A stretch of 62,850 nucleotides of DNA, the filler included, from Octopus bimaculoides (taxonomy: Eukaryota), in the NCBI RefSeq assembly GCF_001194135.2. It is 3 parts of 3 records of this genome, joined end to end, with 100 filler letters (N's around TTAATTAATTAA, not from the genome) between each part and the next. Parts side by side here need not be neighbours in the genome. Positions count along the whole stretch, not along the records: positions 1 to 23,979 come from NC_069005.1; positions 24,080 to 41,442 come from NC_068982.1; 1 more part is not named here. One strand, written 5' to 3'. A program made the position numbers and the translations under genes. A model generated the notes under the pieces. The model saw nothing but the letters and a program-made list of their open reading frames with translations. It had not been told where the DNA came from and searched no databases. This document shows, piece after piece, positions 23,616 through 36,533 of the stretch. Positions within the stretch are counted from its first letter, which is position 1. Each line of letters opens with the position of its first letter.

Positions 23616-23979
23616 GCATATATATATATGTATATGTATATATATATATTTATATGTGTGTGTATGTGTGTACACATATACACACACAGGCACACATACA
23701 CACATATATCAAATGTATCGTTTCTTTTTGTGGCTTTAATTTGCCCCTTTTTCCTTATCTATCCCATCATTGACCTCGTCTCCCTTCAAATTATGAATAT
23801 TGTTATCAATTTACAAGTTTTCTTGCTCAAACGAACAGAATATTTGGAAAGAAGAGAAAAGATTTTTCTTTGAGAAGGGACTATATATGTATGGATGTGT
23901 GTGTGTGTGTATGTATGTTCATGAATTAAAATTTTTTTTTCTTTTCATTAACATGAACAAAACCTAATAATTAACTTCT

Positions 23980-24079
23980 NNNNNNNNNNNNNNNNNNNNN
24001 NNNNNNNNNNNNNNNNNNNNNNNTTAATTAATTAANNNNNNNNNNNNNNNNNNNNNNNNNNNNNNNNNNNNNNNNNNNN
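23980..24079. other. Artificial scaffolding spacer N44-TTAATTAATTAA-N44
   Basis: Exactly 100 bp; the 12-mer has stops in all six frames; an identical spacer lies at 41443-41542. Confidence 0.9.
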
Positions 24080-24136
<57 letters not shown>

Positions 24137-24379
24137 AGATTGATAATTTGCTGTGTTTGAAAAAACTTGTTTATCTGTGCACAAATGAGGCCCTAAAAGC
24201 ATATCACTTGTGTTTATACCTGTGAACCCAATCTGTCCCTATATTAACTCTTTTCCCCTTTCACTCATCTTCTGAACATTCATTCCTCCTTCACTCTTCC
24301 AACTACAGCAATATTCACTTAGCTGCTGCAATTATCCTTTCTACAATATCCACAAGGCCTGAAATTTTGGTGGAGAGGG

Positions 24380-24552
24380 CTAGCTAATTACATCATCCCC
24401 CAATGCTTTACTGGTACCTAATTTCATCAACCTCAAAAGGATGAGAGGCAAAGTCAACTTTGTTGGTGTTTGGACTTAGAACACAAAGATGGATGAAATA
24501 AGACAAGGCATTTTGTCCGGTGTGCTAACAATTCTGCCAGCCTGCCACCTTG
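24380..24552 (-). mobile_element. SINE family B, decayed
   Basis: CTGGTACCTAATTTCATCAACCTCAAAAGGATGAGAGGCAAAGTCAAC...GTGCTAACAATTCTGCCAGC. Confidence 0.75.
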
Positions 24553-25499
24553 ATTCGGCTCTAGTTATTATATGACAGCAGAACTGCACATATTTTGTTG
24601 CCCCGATGGTGCTACCATTTATTTCTCTCCCAGAAACTACTTCCTTCATCACCCACATTCCTAATATCATTCCTTACCCCATTTTTCCAACTGAATGCCT
24701 TTCTTTACTCCACTTTCCCTTGCATACCATATCATTCTGCCAGAGAAAGCCCCCATCACCACTCCTTTCATCCACCACTATTTCCAGGGCTATGTATATC
24801 TAACCACATCCCTAGCACTGTACACTTATCTCACACAAACCCAAAACACATTTCACATCATCTTTGCTGCCTTCTATTACCTCCCTGGCCCAATCCTATT
24901 TCCTCCATTTTCCTGGCAAACTGATATTCACCATTCACCTCTTTCCCTCATCTGCATCCATCTGTCACTTTTCTTTCACACTCTCACACACATACCTACC
25001 CACTGACCCTGCGTGATGCTCTGTTCCACTTCTCTTACATTCACCTTCCTGTAAATTGAGGATATACCATGACACAGTCTCAAAGGTATGCTCATTACTA
25101 TCATCATCTATCTTTTTCTAGCTGGAGTAGCCATGTATCTGTTCCTATCTCTATATCATACTTTAACCTCTCATCACTGGCATAAAACCACATCCCCCTA
25201 TACTTCACCCCAACTCAGTGAGGGTGTATTGTCTTGAAAGTTACTAGCTGACTTCACTAGTGCAAGTGCCATGAATAAAATACTTAGTAAGTTTCAGTAA
25301 AATAGTTAGAGATAAAAAAGACAACAAGGTGTTGAAACCATGCCAAAGCAGACATTGGAGTTCAGTGCAGTACACTGGCTTGTTGGTTCCTATCATACCA
25401 ACCAACTCATGCCAGCATGGAAAATGGGCATTAAGCAATGACAAAGATGATAATGATGATGATACAATAGTTTGCCAGGTGGGTATGTAGATATATATA

Positions 25500-26370
25500 A
25501 ACACCTGTTAAACTATCTTCTTACAAAAAGTCAAGAGAGTCACTTTCATTGACTCATTTGAGGCTGTGCAACTTTAATATTACATTTCCAGATGAATATG
25601 GATTACAATCAATCATGTTGTGGTTTGATGAATTTCTTAACAGGATACCTAAATAAGGAATAAAATTAACTATGTCAATATTTATAAGGAAACAATAGTT
25701 GCCCAAACATATGTCAGTTTATTCATAGCATACTTGGAAGTCCAAATATACAAAAATGCCAGATTAACATTCAGTAACAACACTCATAAATATTTATGGC
25801 AGAACTAGAAATAATACTTAGATGGTTATATTATGTTTTGATCAACTTAATGAGTTTAAAACTCTAATTTATATTATAATCAACAATATTCATTTTTCAA
25901 TAAAATATATTCAAAAGTAATTACTCTTTATGAATATTTTTAGTACTGAAAAAGTTGCAAACATCAAAAATAACATCCATCCACTTTCACTGAAAAGACT
26001 CAAAACAATGTTTGTTTTGCATTTCAAACCACCCAAAACATACAAAAACAAATATACCAATTTAATCTGGCAAGAAAAATCTGCACAGTATATTGAATTT
26101 TGAAACCCAGAATAAACATCTTTGAGAATTAAAGAGAATACTACTTGAAAGATAGTACACAAATAATGTTAATTAGTAACAACAAAGAACATGATAAAGC
26201 ATGTTCTTTTATTTAAGAATTACAAAGAAGAAAATACTTCTGTCACACTTAATACTCTACCTTATATATCGACATACAATCCAGAAAAATACAGAAGCAT
26301 CCATTAGAATACTTCATTACTGAGGAGAGATCCAAGACATTTCACAGCTTGGATCTCAAAAGACATGAAA
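25500..26370 (+). pseudogene. Penelope-like element remnant (RT domain and 3' terminus)
   Basis: Broken frames give AQTYVSLFIAYLEVQIY, WQN*K*YLDGYIMF (resembling WKRYLDD), DSKQCLFCISNHPKHTKTNIP, FNLARKICTV and ELKRILLER, which are PLE RT and thumb motifs. Ends in a hammerhead-like structure. Confidence 0.65.
26313..26370 (+). ncRNA. Degenerate hammerhead-ribozyme-like motif
   Basis: CTGAGGA (26320-26), a perfect 10-bp stem GAGATCCAAG/CTTGGATCTC, then AAAA in place of GAAA. Flanking TTCAT/ATGAA could form stem I. Confidence 0.5.
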
Positions 26371-26649
26371 TAAACCAAAATCCATAAAAATAAAAAATTA
26401 CTAGAAGAGCCAAATTACCCACCTTAGTAAAAAATATAACTCCAACAGTTAAAAAGCGTGGTCTTCTTAATTATAGAATCTGTCATAATCTTATTGAATA
26501 GGTTATTAAATGTAATCCTTATAATACAATAGAGAAAGAAGTAAATGAACAGTGAGATATAAATATATACAAAGGTTATGTGGGTTATACCAAAAGTAAT
26601 GCTTGTGAGCATAACTTCTTTTTATTGATATAAGTCATTCAAATTGCAT

Positions 26650-27780
26650 GTTGGTAGAGCAATCCTTACTTATACTCAATGTCTCCATTACAATTAATGC
26701 ACATGTGCCATCATTGAACCCAACTCTTGAATCGTCTTTGAAAAAATTCCATTGTGCTCACATCTTCACGACTACTTTCACTACATCTGTGTCCTTAAAT
26801 TGTTTTCTCTGAAAACAGTCCTTCGTTGAATCAAACATGTGGAAGTCAGCAGGCAACAATCATGAATAGAGGACCACAGACCAACTCAATTTTAGCAATT
26901 GCCTAATTTCTTGCCAGATATGTGTGTGACTGCACACTGCAATGCTAAATACAGATCCTTTGCAAATTCTTGTTGGTCTGTTCTTCCTAATGGCACCCAA
27001 GCATTTTGAATCAAGGAGAATGATGGCATTGTTATCCCAATAAACAGTAACAATAACTTTCTGTGACAGTTACTGGCTTTTGAACTTCTTAGGCTTTGGA
27101 GAAAAGGTGTGATGTCATTACATGTACTGAGCTTCCATTTCTGCATCATAAAAACACAGCCATGTTTCATCCCCCGTGATCAGATCAGGAAAATGTTTCC
27201 ATATTGACTTCAGCTGTTTCCAGCAGATATGAACAGACTTCTACTCATCTCTCCTCAAACTGGGAGTCAACTGCTAAGGTACCCATATTGTACAAACTTT
27301 GCAATATCTAAAGTTTCCCACCATCCTCTTTAATGCATTGTGATCACAGTCTATGTGAACAGCAAGCTCAGATTGTGAGTTGTCTGCCCATGTGGATCAA
27401 TACATCCACTCACTAACAAATCATTTCAGTAGTCACAGCTGATGTTATCCAACAGCAGGGATTTTCTTTAAAGCTGATTTCTCTTTTAAACTTCTTCATC
27501 CAACTGTGCACATTGCTATTGTCAATGGTTTCATCTCTGTAAACAATTTGTAGCCTTCTGTCGATGTCAGACAACCAGCAACCATCCTTCATCAAAAACT
27601 CAATGACAGCCTGTTACTTCAGCTCAGAACCCATTATTTGCTTGCGACAAAGAACAAAAAGAAGAGAAAGTGTTACTCTACCAACATGTGCAGTTTGAAT
27701 GACCCATGACAGTGACTAAAAGTGCTATGCCTACTTTCACATTACTTCCGGTACAACTCTTGTAATTTTCACTTCAGCAA
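26650..27780 (-). pseudogene. Highly decayed mariner transposase
   Basis: Fragments IDRRLQIVYRDETIDNSNVHSWMKKFK (HTH region) and ETWLCFYDAEME..HHTFSPKPKKFK..KVIVTVYWD (first catalytic Asp region); many stops and frameshifts. Confidence 0.75.
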
Positions 27781-28344
27781 TCTTCTTGCGTAGTCTAAAG
27801 TCAATAGCAAAATTTTAATTGCAATTTAATATATTTTCATAAAAATGTAGTTTTATGGTCAATTTTCAATGCTTCATCATAGCTACCATCTTTCCAGTGG
27901 GATTTTATGAATAACTCTTATCTATTGTGATATCTTCTTCCTGTCTCTATCTTTAAATCTTAAAATTTTTTTTTTTTTTTGTTTCTTCTGGACTTCAATT
28001 ATTTTGGTTGTTGTTGTTGATTTCATTTGCATTGTTGTTATTCTTTCTGTTTATAGATGCTATTTTTGGTTACAATAACAATTTTTTTGTTTTGCAGTTG
28101 TTATTCATGTTTGTGTAGTTTCACTAAATTATTATTGTGCTGTTGCTCATTTTTGTGTTGATGTTTAATGTGAGCCAGCATGATTATCTCAGATATCGTA
28201 TGATACTGTTGTTGTTTAAGATAGGAGAGTATGGTTACAGGGACATTTAGCAGGAATATACTAGTTGAAATTATTCAATCAGTGAGTGATATCAACTGTG
28301 TTTAATCTAGACACAAGGGCCCAATTTAGAGCAGGGAGGATGGA

Positions 28345-28460
28345 ATTAGTCAATCATTCCACTTCCTTCAAATATTTGACCGGCACTTTATTTTATTGAT
28401 ACTGGAAAGAAGAAAAGCAAAGCTGACCACAGCTGGGTTTGAACTCAGAACATAGAGTCA
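28345..28460 (-). mobile_element. SINE family B, old fragment
   Basis: GACCGGCACTTTATTTTATTGAT...GCAAAGCTGACC...TTTGAACTCAGAAC. Confidence 0.55.
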
Positions 28461-28717
28461 GAACAATTCTACAAGGTATAACACCAATCTCAATAATAAT
28501 GTTTCTGTAATAATAATTTTAAATAAATGAATACATTCTTGGTATTTGTCACATTATATTCAAAACTGCAATGCACATGAGTAATATGGTCTATTATTTC
28601 TACTGTTTAATTATCCACACACTAGTAGAGATAAACAAAGTCAGTCATTTACTCTTTAAAATGACCAGATACATCCAACAACTCATCAGCCTAGTTTTAT
28701 TGGTGGATGCAATCCTA

Positions 28718-29104
28718 TGTTGTTGTTGTTGGCACTCCGTCGCTTACGACGTCGAGGGTTCCAGTTGATCCGATCAACGGAACAGCCTGCTCGTGAAATT
28801 AACGTGCAAGTGGCTGAGCACTCCACAGACACGTGTACCCTTAACGTAGCTCTCAGGGATATTCAGCGTGACACAGTGTGACAAGGCTGGCCCTTTGAAT
28901 TACAGGCACAACAGAAACAGGAAGTAAGAGTGAGAGAAAGTTGTGGTGAAAGAGTACAGCAGGGTTCGCCACCATCCCCTGCCAGAGCCACATGGAGCTT
29001 TAGATGTTTTCGCTCAATAAACACTTACAATACCCGGTCTGAGAATTGAAACCGCGATCCTATGACCGCGAGTCCACTGCCCTAACCACTGGGTCATTGC
29101 GCCT
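28718..29104 (-). mobile_element. SINE family C, full length, CpG-rich (young)
   Basis: Minus-strand head AGGCGCAATGACCCAGTGGTTAGGGCAGTGGACTCGCGGTCATAGGATCGCGGTTTCAATTC and (AAC)n tail. Confidence 0.85.
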
Positions 29105-31059
29105 CTACGCAATCCTATATTATTCAAGTTCTTGAATAATTCAGTGATGGTCAATGAATATGAGGATAATATTTTGTAAGTATTAGTCCTCATAAGTAAA
29201 GCTGAACTCATTATGCAAGTCAAGGAAGCTTTTGGTAACGTTACTATGCTTCTACAACATGCAGTAGCAAGTCATTACTAATGGTGGTACCTATGTGCTG
29301 GCCATTGGACTGGGCTGTTTGGAAGTGATACATATGCTTTTACCAGATACACAGTAGCTTTTCAGAGAAAAGGAAGTAAATGATTTGGTTATTTAATTCC
29401 AGGACAGCACTGATCAAACATACTTATAATCTAGCATACAAAGGTGTTCAAGCTATGACATCCAATCTTTTATTCAAGGATACTGTATCTAGGGCTACAT
29501 TACCCAAAGCATCTTTGTATTTCAGAAGGATACATTGTCTATATACCAACAGACATCAATGGGAGACTTGTTAAAAAGTTTGTATATCATTAAGCTAGTT
29601 AATTTGCATGTTTAAAAATCCCAATAAAAAAATGGAAAAAATGTCTCTTTTTTTTTCCTCCCTTGTTGCTTCTCTACTTTTATGCTTCCAAACAAAATTG
29701 GTTGAGATGTCCTTTTGTTCTTTTAAGAACAGCTGTTTTTTTTCACAGTTCTTTCTAAACAATTGTCCACTTGAATTATAAATAGTACTCGTGTACAAAA
29801 ATGTGTGGCATGGAAGTATTTTCTCAATGGCGAAATATTTGGGCAGACTCTGCTCTTAAATATTTATAAATCCAAAAATATTTAGATGAATTTAGCATGT
29901 CACATAACAAATCATAAATTTGCATTTCTAAATTTTAAATCTTGAATATTCATTGCTGTAAATATAACAGTAAAATTAACTAAAGGAGATAATTCAAGTG
30001 AGCCAATGTAAAATCTATTATAAGTTGATAAATGCAGGTATGAGTTGATTAGTCCATGGTGATCGATCTCAACTAATACCAAAACATGTTTATAGCTAAT
30101 CCCTTGCATGCAAACAAAGATAGAATTTCTTGTATGTAAATAAATTTTGTGAAATTGATTCTTAATTTTTTTGAAATTATCTCTCCTTTTCTTTGAGAGT
30201 TGTTAACAATTACAACTATGTTTCTGCTTTTTCTCTCCAACTAGGAGGGGAAAATGCAATTAATTCAAAATTATTTACATATGCCATTTGGTACATTACC
30301 CCTTAACATATTTAATATCAAATTAGGCTATTTATTACATGAATTATACATAAAGCATTGTTTAAAAAATGCATTTAAAAAGCTTAATTTGCTACATTCA
30401 TAGATTAAATAAGATACATATGTAGGCATATGTAAACATATATAATACATTGCTACAGGAAATAAGTTTAGAACTCTTTTTTTCTTTTTCTTTTTGACAA
30501 ATAAAGCAAACAGCAGCAATCAGGCAGAGATTTTCTTTCTTTCTTCAGGAGTAAACAAAATAGCTCCTGAGCCAACAATATAGATTCTACATGCTAGAAA
30601 CAGCAGCTAAATCTTACTCAAATCATGCATACAGTTTTACACAAGACAAGGTAATATTGAGCTAAGCAAAAACAAAAATACCATAATAGCAAGGACTAAT
30701 ATTTGAACTTGCAACCATATTGTAGTGGTCTAGCACTTTAAACCAAGATATTTTTAAAAGAATCAAGTCATGGATTGTAGAATAGTCTCAGAACCCCCCC
30801 CCCCCCAAAAAAAAAACGCATCAGAAGATCAAGAAGAGACATTTCTGATAATTTGAAATTATGATTTTTATTGTACCTTGCACTATCGTAAAGAAAGCTA
30901 AGCTCATAATCTTTGCATGGCCTCTAAGTCTAATGGGTCATGTGGCCTAGTTGTATGACATAACAACTTAAATTTACATCCACTCTTCAAGAAATAGCTG
31001 GCTGGCTTCAGCTTCATGCTCTCGCTTGATGGGGCTGGAGTCATTCCAAGTTACTGGTT

Positions 31060-31300
31060 CCAGAGGTGTCATTATGTGTAGAGCTGACCAGGTTCACCAG
31101 TGCTCTCTATTGCTGGTGGTATCATGCCAGCCCCTCTGCATCCTCCAAGGTGACATCAAACTTTTGGAGGTCTTTGCTAATCATGTCTAGCCATCTGGTG
31201 TGGAGCCTGCTGCAAGGCCCCTTCCCGCCCACAGCTGTTGCATTGAATGAGAATAAAGACCTGATAGAATGATCTAGTGGGAGGCATTTTGTAATAACAA
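31060..31300 (-). pseudogene. RTE LINE C-terminal remnant
   Basis: GGKGPCSRLHTRWLDMISKDLQKFDVTLEDAEGLA resembles the RTE G.R.RGRP..RW.D.I..DL motif. Confidence 0.6.
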
Positions 31301-33254
31301 ACTTCAAGTAACTGTAGTTTCCTTTAAATACACCCTTCTCAAAGTCATAACCATAGTAGAAGTTGAAACTAAGCCTTTATAATTTTACAACATCCCTGCT
31401 CAGCTAACACTATACATGGAAAATCCACCATAAGATGTATATTTTCTTAAGCTACGATTTAAAACACTTTATATGGTTATGTCATGAAAAAAACCCATTG
31501 CAGTATAACTGACTTGGATCTTAATGACACAAGGAAATAAAATGCCATCAGCAACATAAAAATGATATCCTTATCACCAGCTGCATAAACAACACTTTTC
31601 AATATTCACTTATTTATCAATTTATTTTTGAATACAAATAGATATGTCAACTTCAAAAGTATTATTATTTTAAATACATTTTCTGATCCCTGATTATTTT
31701 TATTTGAATTCAAGAAATATTTTAACTATTGCCAATGAATAGCAACAAAATTTTGATGTTGAGTAACTTTATATATAAGTTTATCATAAACATGGTTGTA
31801 TTCCTAAAACACATTAATAAAAATGGTGTACTAGCCCTTGCTGATACGAGGAATAAGTCAGCGTGGTGATGCTACACCAGAAGTTTTATTAACAGTACAT
31901 TCCTTAGGAGAGCACTCTGTCTTTCTAAGACAGTTATTTCTTAGTGATATATAAAGTAACAATTTGCTTCCTCAGTCTGTTCTAGACAATTTATGTACCA
32001 GTCACTCATGATGTCCTTGTGTCTAAACAAATAACTGTTCTTAGTTTAATAGTACTCGACAAGGTAAAATTACTGAAACAGCTGAATTTCCTGCGAGGTA
32101 ATTTGTTGTAAATATTCTATATTTTCTAAATGCAGTGTATTTGAGACTAAATTCTCATAAAGTATAAACTTATAGTATGACTGTTGAATAATTGTGTATT
32201 CTTAGTAATTAAATATCTTACTTAGATTAAATAAACTTTTTACAGCCTAGGTTCAGTTCTCTCTCTCTCTCTCACTCTCATATATGTATCTTAAAATTAT
32301 TATTTGGATGGTCTTCTGCAACTCAGCCAAATAATCTATATTCTTTGGTTTAGACAGAAAATCAGACAAACAGAAAAAAATTAATGAATAAAGAAGAAAA
32401 ACATAATGAATAATGACCTATACAAAGATGCATATGAGTGAAGAGTGATAGATTGACGGACAGATATTAAAATGTAGGCCATTTCATAGAGAGAGAAGCA
32501 AGATGAGAGAAAAATCAAAAGAAAGACAGAGAGAGAAGTCAGACTGTCAGAAAGAGGTCAACACATAGCAAGAGATGCAGATGTAGACTGACACACAAAC
32601 ATACACAGAAACAAACATGCAAATACTATAAAATGTACAATCAGACAGATACACACACATGTTTACATGATGGTTATTGGTTTACTTTGCACACCTGTTG
32701 CTAGTATTCAGGTCAATGGATATCATTATCATCACCATCATTCTGTTAAGAGCCATATCATTATCGACAACAGTAGAAGCAAAACAAAGAATGCTATAAC
32801 AGGGAGTTACATTTTAGCGTCGGATAATCACCAGGGATATGTATTATCATCTGGCTGAATCCACTATAGCAACTCTTTCAGTGGCCACCACTAGATTCAA
32901 CAAGTGTAGAGGAACAGATTACAGATGTGTGGGAATGCAACATATCCAGATGATCAGATTGCATTCTGTAATGATGACCAACATGAAAGGCAAAACAAGT
33001 GATCCGGTTGTTAAAGGTGACTGAATGCGTATGGACATAGAATAAATACAAGACAATGAATATTCAGAGAACAGAAATGTAAAATATTCTTCAAGGAAAC
33101 TGCTGTGGATGTGTCAGAATGAGGAATAACTGGGAAGGAAAAGAGAGGTCAAATCTCAGCTCACTGGACATTACAAAACTGTTTGCAAAAAGCTGATATG
33201 ATTGGTCATAAGCTGAATGTAGGACTTAAACAAGTCACATCATTAAAATACTGA

Positions 33255-33290
<36 letters not shown>

Positions 33291-33296
33291 TTATAC

Positions 33297-33545
33297 ATCA
33301 TCATCGTTTAACATCCACTCTCCATGTTGGCATGGGTTGGACGGCTTGACTGAGGACTGGCAAGCTAGGTGGCGGCATCTGCCTCCAATATGATCTGGTA
33401 AGGTTTCTACAGCTGGATGCCCTTCCTAATGCCAACCACTCTGAGAATGTAGTGGGTGCTTTTATGTGCCACTGGCATGGGAGCTGATCAGGCAGCACTA
33501 GCATCTCAGACACTTGAATGGTGCTTTTTACATGCCACCGGCATG
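33297..33545 (-). mobile_element. RTE-tailed non-autonomous element
   Basis: CATCATCATCGTTTAAC..CCATGTTGGCATGGGTTGGAC..CAGCTGGATGCCCTTCCTAATGCCAACCAC..GTGCTTTTATGTGCCAC; homolog of 41205-41442. Confidence 0.8.
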
Positions 33546-33580
33546 TATATATATATGTATATGTGTGTGTATATATATAC

Positions 33581-33639
<59 letters not shown>

Positions 33640-35074
33640 AATAATGAGCTTCTACAGCTTCTGTCTACCAAATACACTCACAAGGCATTGATTGGTTGAA
33701 CATGGTAGCATGTGGATGCTAAGTGAACCTCTGAACTGCACTTCTATGGCTATAACATACATCTACACACATACATACATAAAGAGATATGCATGTATAT
33801 GTAAATACATAAACATTTTCATGCATTAACAATATTAAATATGATGCTCAAAGCAGCCAGAACTATAGCAAGCAAGAAAATGTATAAAGAAAATGAAAAT
33901 AAAACAGATTCTACTAAAGAAAGAAAGAAACAAACAAACAAAGAATGAGAGAGAGAAAGAGAGAGAGATAGAGAGAGAGATCACAGGCATTCCTAGAGAG
34001 AAAGTGAGAATTAATGAGAGAGAGCCATAGGGGAAGTAAATAAATCTGTTTAATCAACACGATGTATTTATCAGACATTAAAATCACGTTTTTGTGGATG
34101 ATTACCATAACTTAGTAAAATGTTAGCAATACCAATAATTTAAACTAAATAATTTCTTTTAAAGACATCTTTAAACCTTTCAATCTGAGACCGGTCTGTG
34201 AACCAACATATATTACCAGCTAATCTATATTCCCAAGGAGAAAAAAAATAGAATAAAACTTGGGTGGGGTTAGCAATAAAATGAATATTTAAACTAGTGC
34301 TTGTTGTTGCTCATCCCCAGGTCATTTCTGAAGCAGACCTAAGTTCAAAGTCATTTCAGCTATGATTATATATTGTTCTTTTTGTTTTCTTTGTCAGGGA
34401 CTATATTGTGCAATGTATTCATTATTTTTTAAGACTCTTATCTTTTAAGATTTAATCACTTGGTTGAATTTCTAGCAAGTCAAGCAACCACAAAGTGGCT
34501 CAGCTTTTTGTTTCAAATTTTAGTGATATAGAAATTCATAAATATATTTATAATTTTACTTATACACCCATTCATAAAGGACATTGTCGTATTTGTTTAT
34601 CTGTTTTCTATTTCTATCTGATTATGGCTACATAGTCTCAATATCAATACTTATTGACTGAAATGATAGTATTAGCATTTGCAGGTTTAAGTTATATATT
34701 CCTAACTAAATCAAGGATAAATTCATGTCACTAGAGTTCAGAAAAGCATGATTTAACAACACACAAAATATACCAAGTGACCAAATGGGAAAAGCGGTCG
34801 CATGATATGACTAATAGATAAGAAAAGAAAATGCAATATCATTTTGCGTGTCCATTACATATGTCTTCTAAGTATTCTTTAATTCTGTAATTTTACTGAC
34901 TTCAGTTTGTAAACAGCAATAATTCTGGGGCACAACCTTTAGGTAGTTGTGACTTCATTTTTGTTACTTTTAGATTAAAGAAAGTTAGAAAAAAGTATTG
35001 AAATATAAAATATAATAGCAGGTAAATCTCCCTCAAGTAATACCCTAAAAAAAAATGGCATTCTGTTGGTTATG

Positions 35075-35296
35075 ATAAGGGTTCTAGTTGATCTGATCTG
35101 TGAAATTAATGTGCAAGTGGCTGACACACATATGATTAACGGACACACAATGTGAAAAGGCTGACCCTTTGAAAAAGAGGTACTACTCATTTTTGCCAGC
35201 TGAGTGGAGTGGAGCAATGTGGAATAAAGTGTCTTGCTCAAGGACACAATACACCACTGGGAATTGATCTCAAGACCTTAAAATCTAATCACTAAG
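35075..35296 (-). mobile_element. SINE with D-type head and body and C-type tail
   Basis: 35180-35296 matches family D (GTCTTGCTCAAGGACACAA, CCAGCTGAGTGGA); 35078-35175 matches the family C tail (GTGAAATTAATGTGCAAGTGGCTGA, GGCTGACCCTTTGAA). Confidence 0.7.
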
Positions 35297-35312
35297 TCAC
35301 GCATACTCTCTC

Positions 35313-35713
35313 TTTTTTACTCTTTTACTTGTTTCAGTCATTTGACTGCGGCCATGCTGGAGCGCCGCCTTTAGTCGAGCAAATCGACCCCGGGACTTAC
35401 TGTTTGGAAGCCTAGTACTTATTCTATCGTTTTTTTTTTGCCGAACCGCTAAGTTACGGGAACGTAAACACACCAGCATCGGTTGTCAAGCAATGTTGGG
35501 GGGGGACAAACACAGACACACAAACACACACATACATATATATATACATATACATATATACAACGGGCTTCTTTCAGTTTCCGTCTACCAAATCCACTCA
35601 CAAGGCTTTGGTCGGCCCGAGGCTATAGTAGAAGACACTTGCCCAGGGTATCACGCAGTGGGACTGAACCCGGAACCATGTGGTTGGTAAGCAAGCTACT
35701 TACCACACAGCCT
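35313..35713 (-). mobile_element. SINE family A, full length, young
   Basis: Complete copy that retains most CpGs. Confidence 0.93.
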
Positions 35714-36498
35714 CACTTTTAGGTTAAAGAAATTTAAGAAAAGTATTGAGATATAAAATATAATTGTAGGTAAATCTCCCTCAAGTAATGCCCTTACAGT
35801 CTTAAATAAACAAGGGTACAACCAACAAAATAAGAAATAAGTGGAACATAATGAAAATATATACAGAGTGACATGGAGGTCAATGAAGTCTATGATATAT
35901 AAAAAGACAATATAGTTGTAGTTGGAACACCTCTGATCATAAGTCTGCTCCATCAAAATTGACTCAAGCAGACATTATGCAGAATAGACTGAGATGAAAC
36001 CAAATAGCTAGACTGATAGTTGAATGCATACTTAAATGCATAAACTTATAAGTAACATGATAGAGGAAGAGATAAATAAAACAAACACAAATAGAAAAAT
36101 AAAGACAGATAAACAGAAAGGATAAAGACAGAGAGATAAATTCATACAAAAAGGTGTGCCAGCTAAAAACATAAATACCCGAGTGTTACTGACAAGTGTA
36201 TTTACATACACACATGTATCACATACATACAGACAATGACACAAAATACATACAGCCTAACACAAAAATATGCACACCCATACATAGACAAACGAGTGTG
36301 TATGTGTGTGCGCGGTTACAGAGATAAAGAAAACTATTAGGTTAAGTATTTGAAAGAGTAAGTAAACAAAGTTAGACATTTCAATGGTTGAAAGGGTGGG
36401 GGATATCAACAACAGCTGATTGCATAAAAGCATCCCATTATACAAATACATATTTCTATATATGCAAATGTGAGTGTGTGTGGGTGGGTGGACACTCA

Positions 36499-36533
<35 letters not shown>

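Noticed and set aside
16387-23739. Antisense and alternate-frame ORFs overlapping the zinc-finger gene
   Set aside because: They are shadows of a long low-complexity CDS, with no independent motifs.
24560-25100. Pyrimidine-rich block with faint PLE-like words (TLRDALFH)
   Set aside because: Too decayed to assign; ORFs 24595-25006 show no convincing domain.
1932-35722. Recurring peptide QIHSQGFG.PEAIVEDTCPRCH in ORFs at 1932, 8018, 11346 and 35493, resembling a gene family
   Set aside because: It is the antisense translation of SINE A heads.
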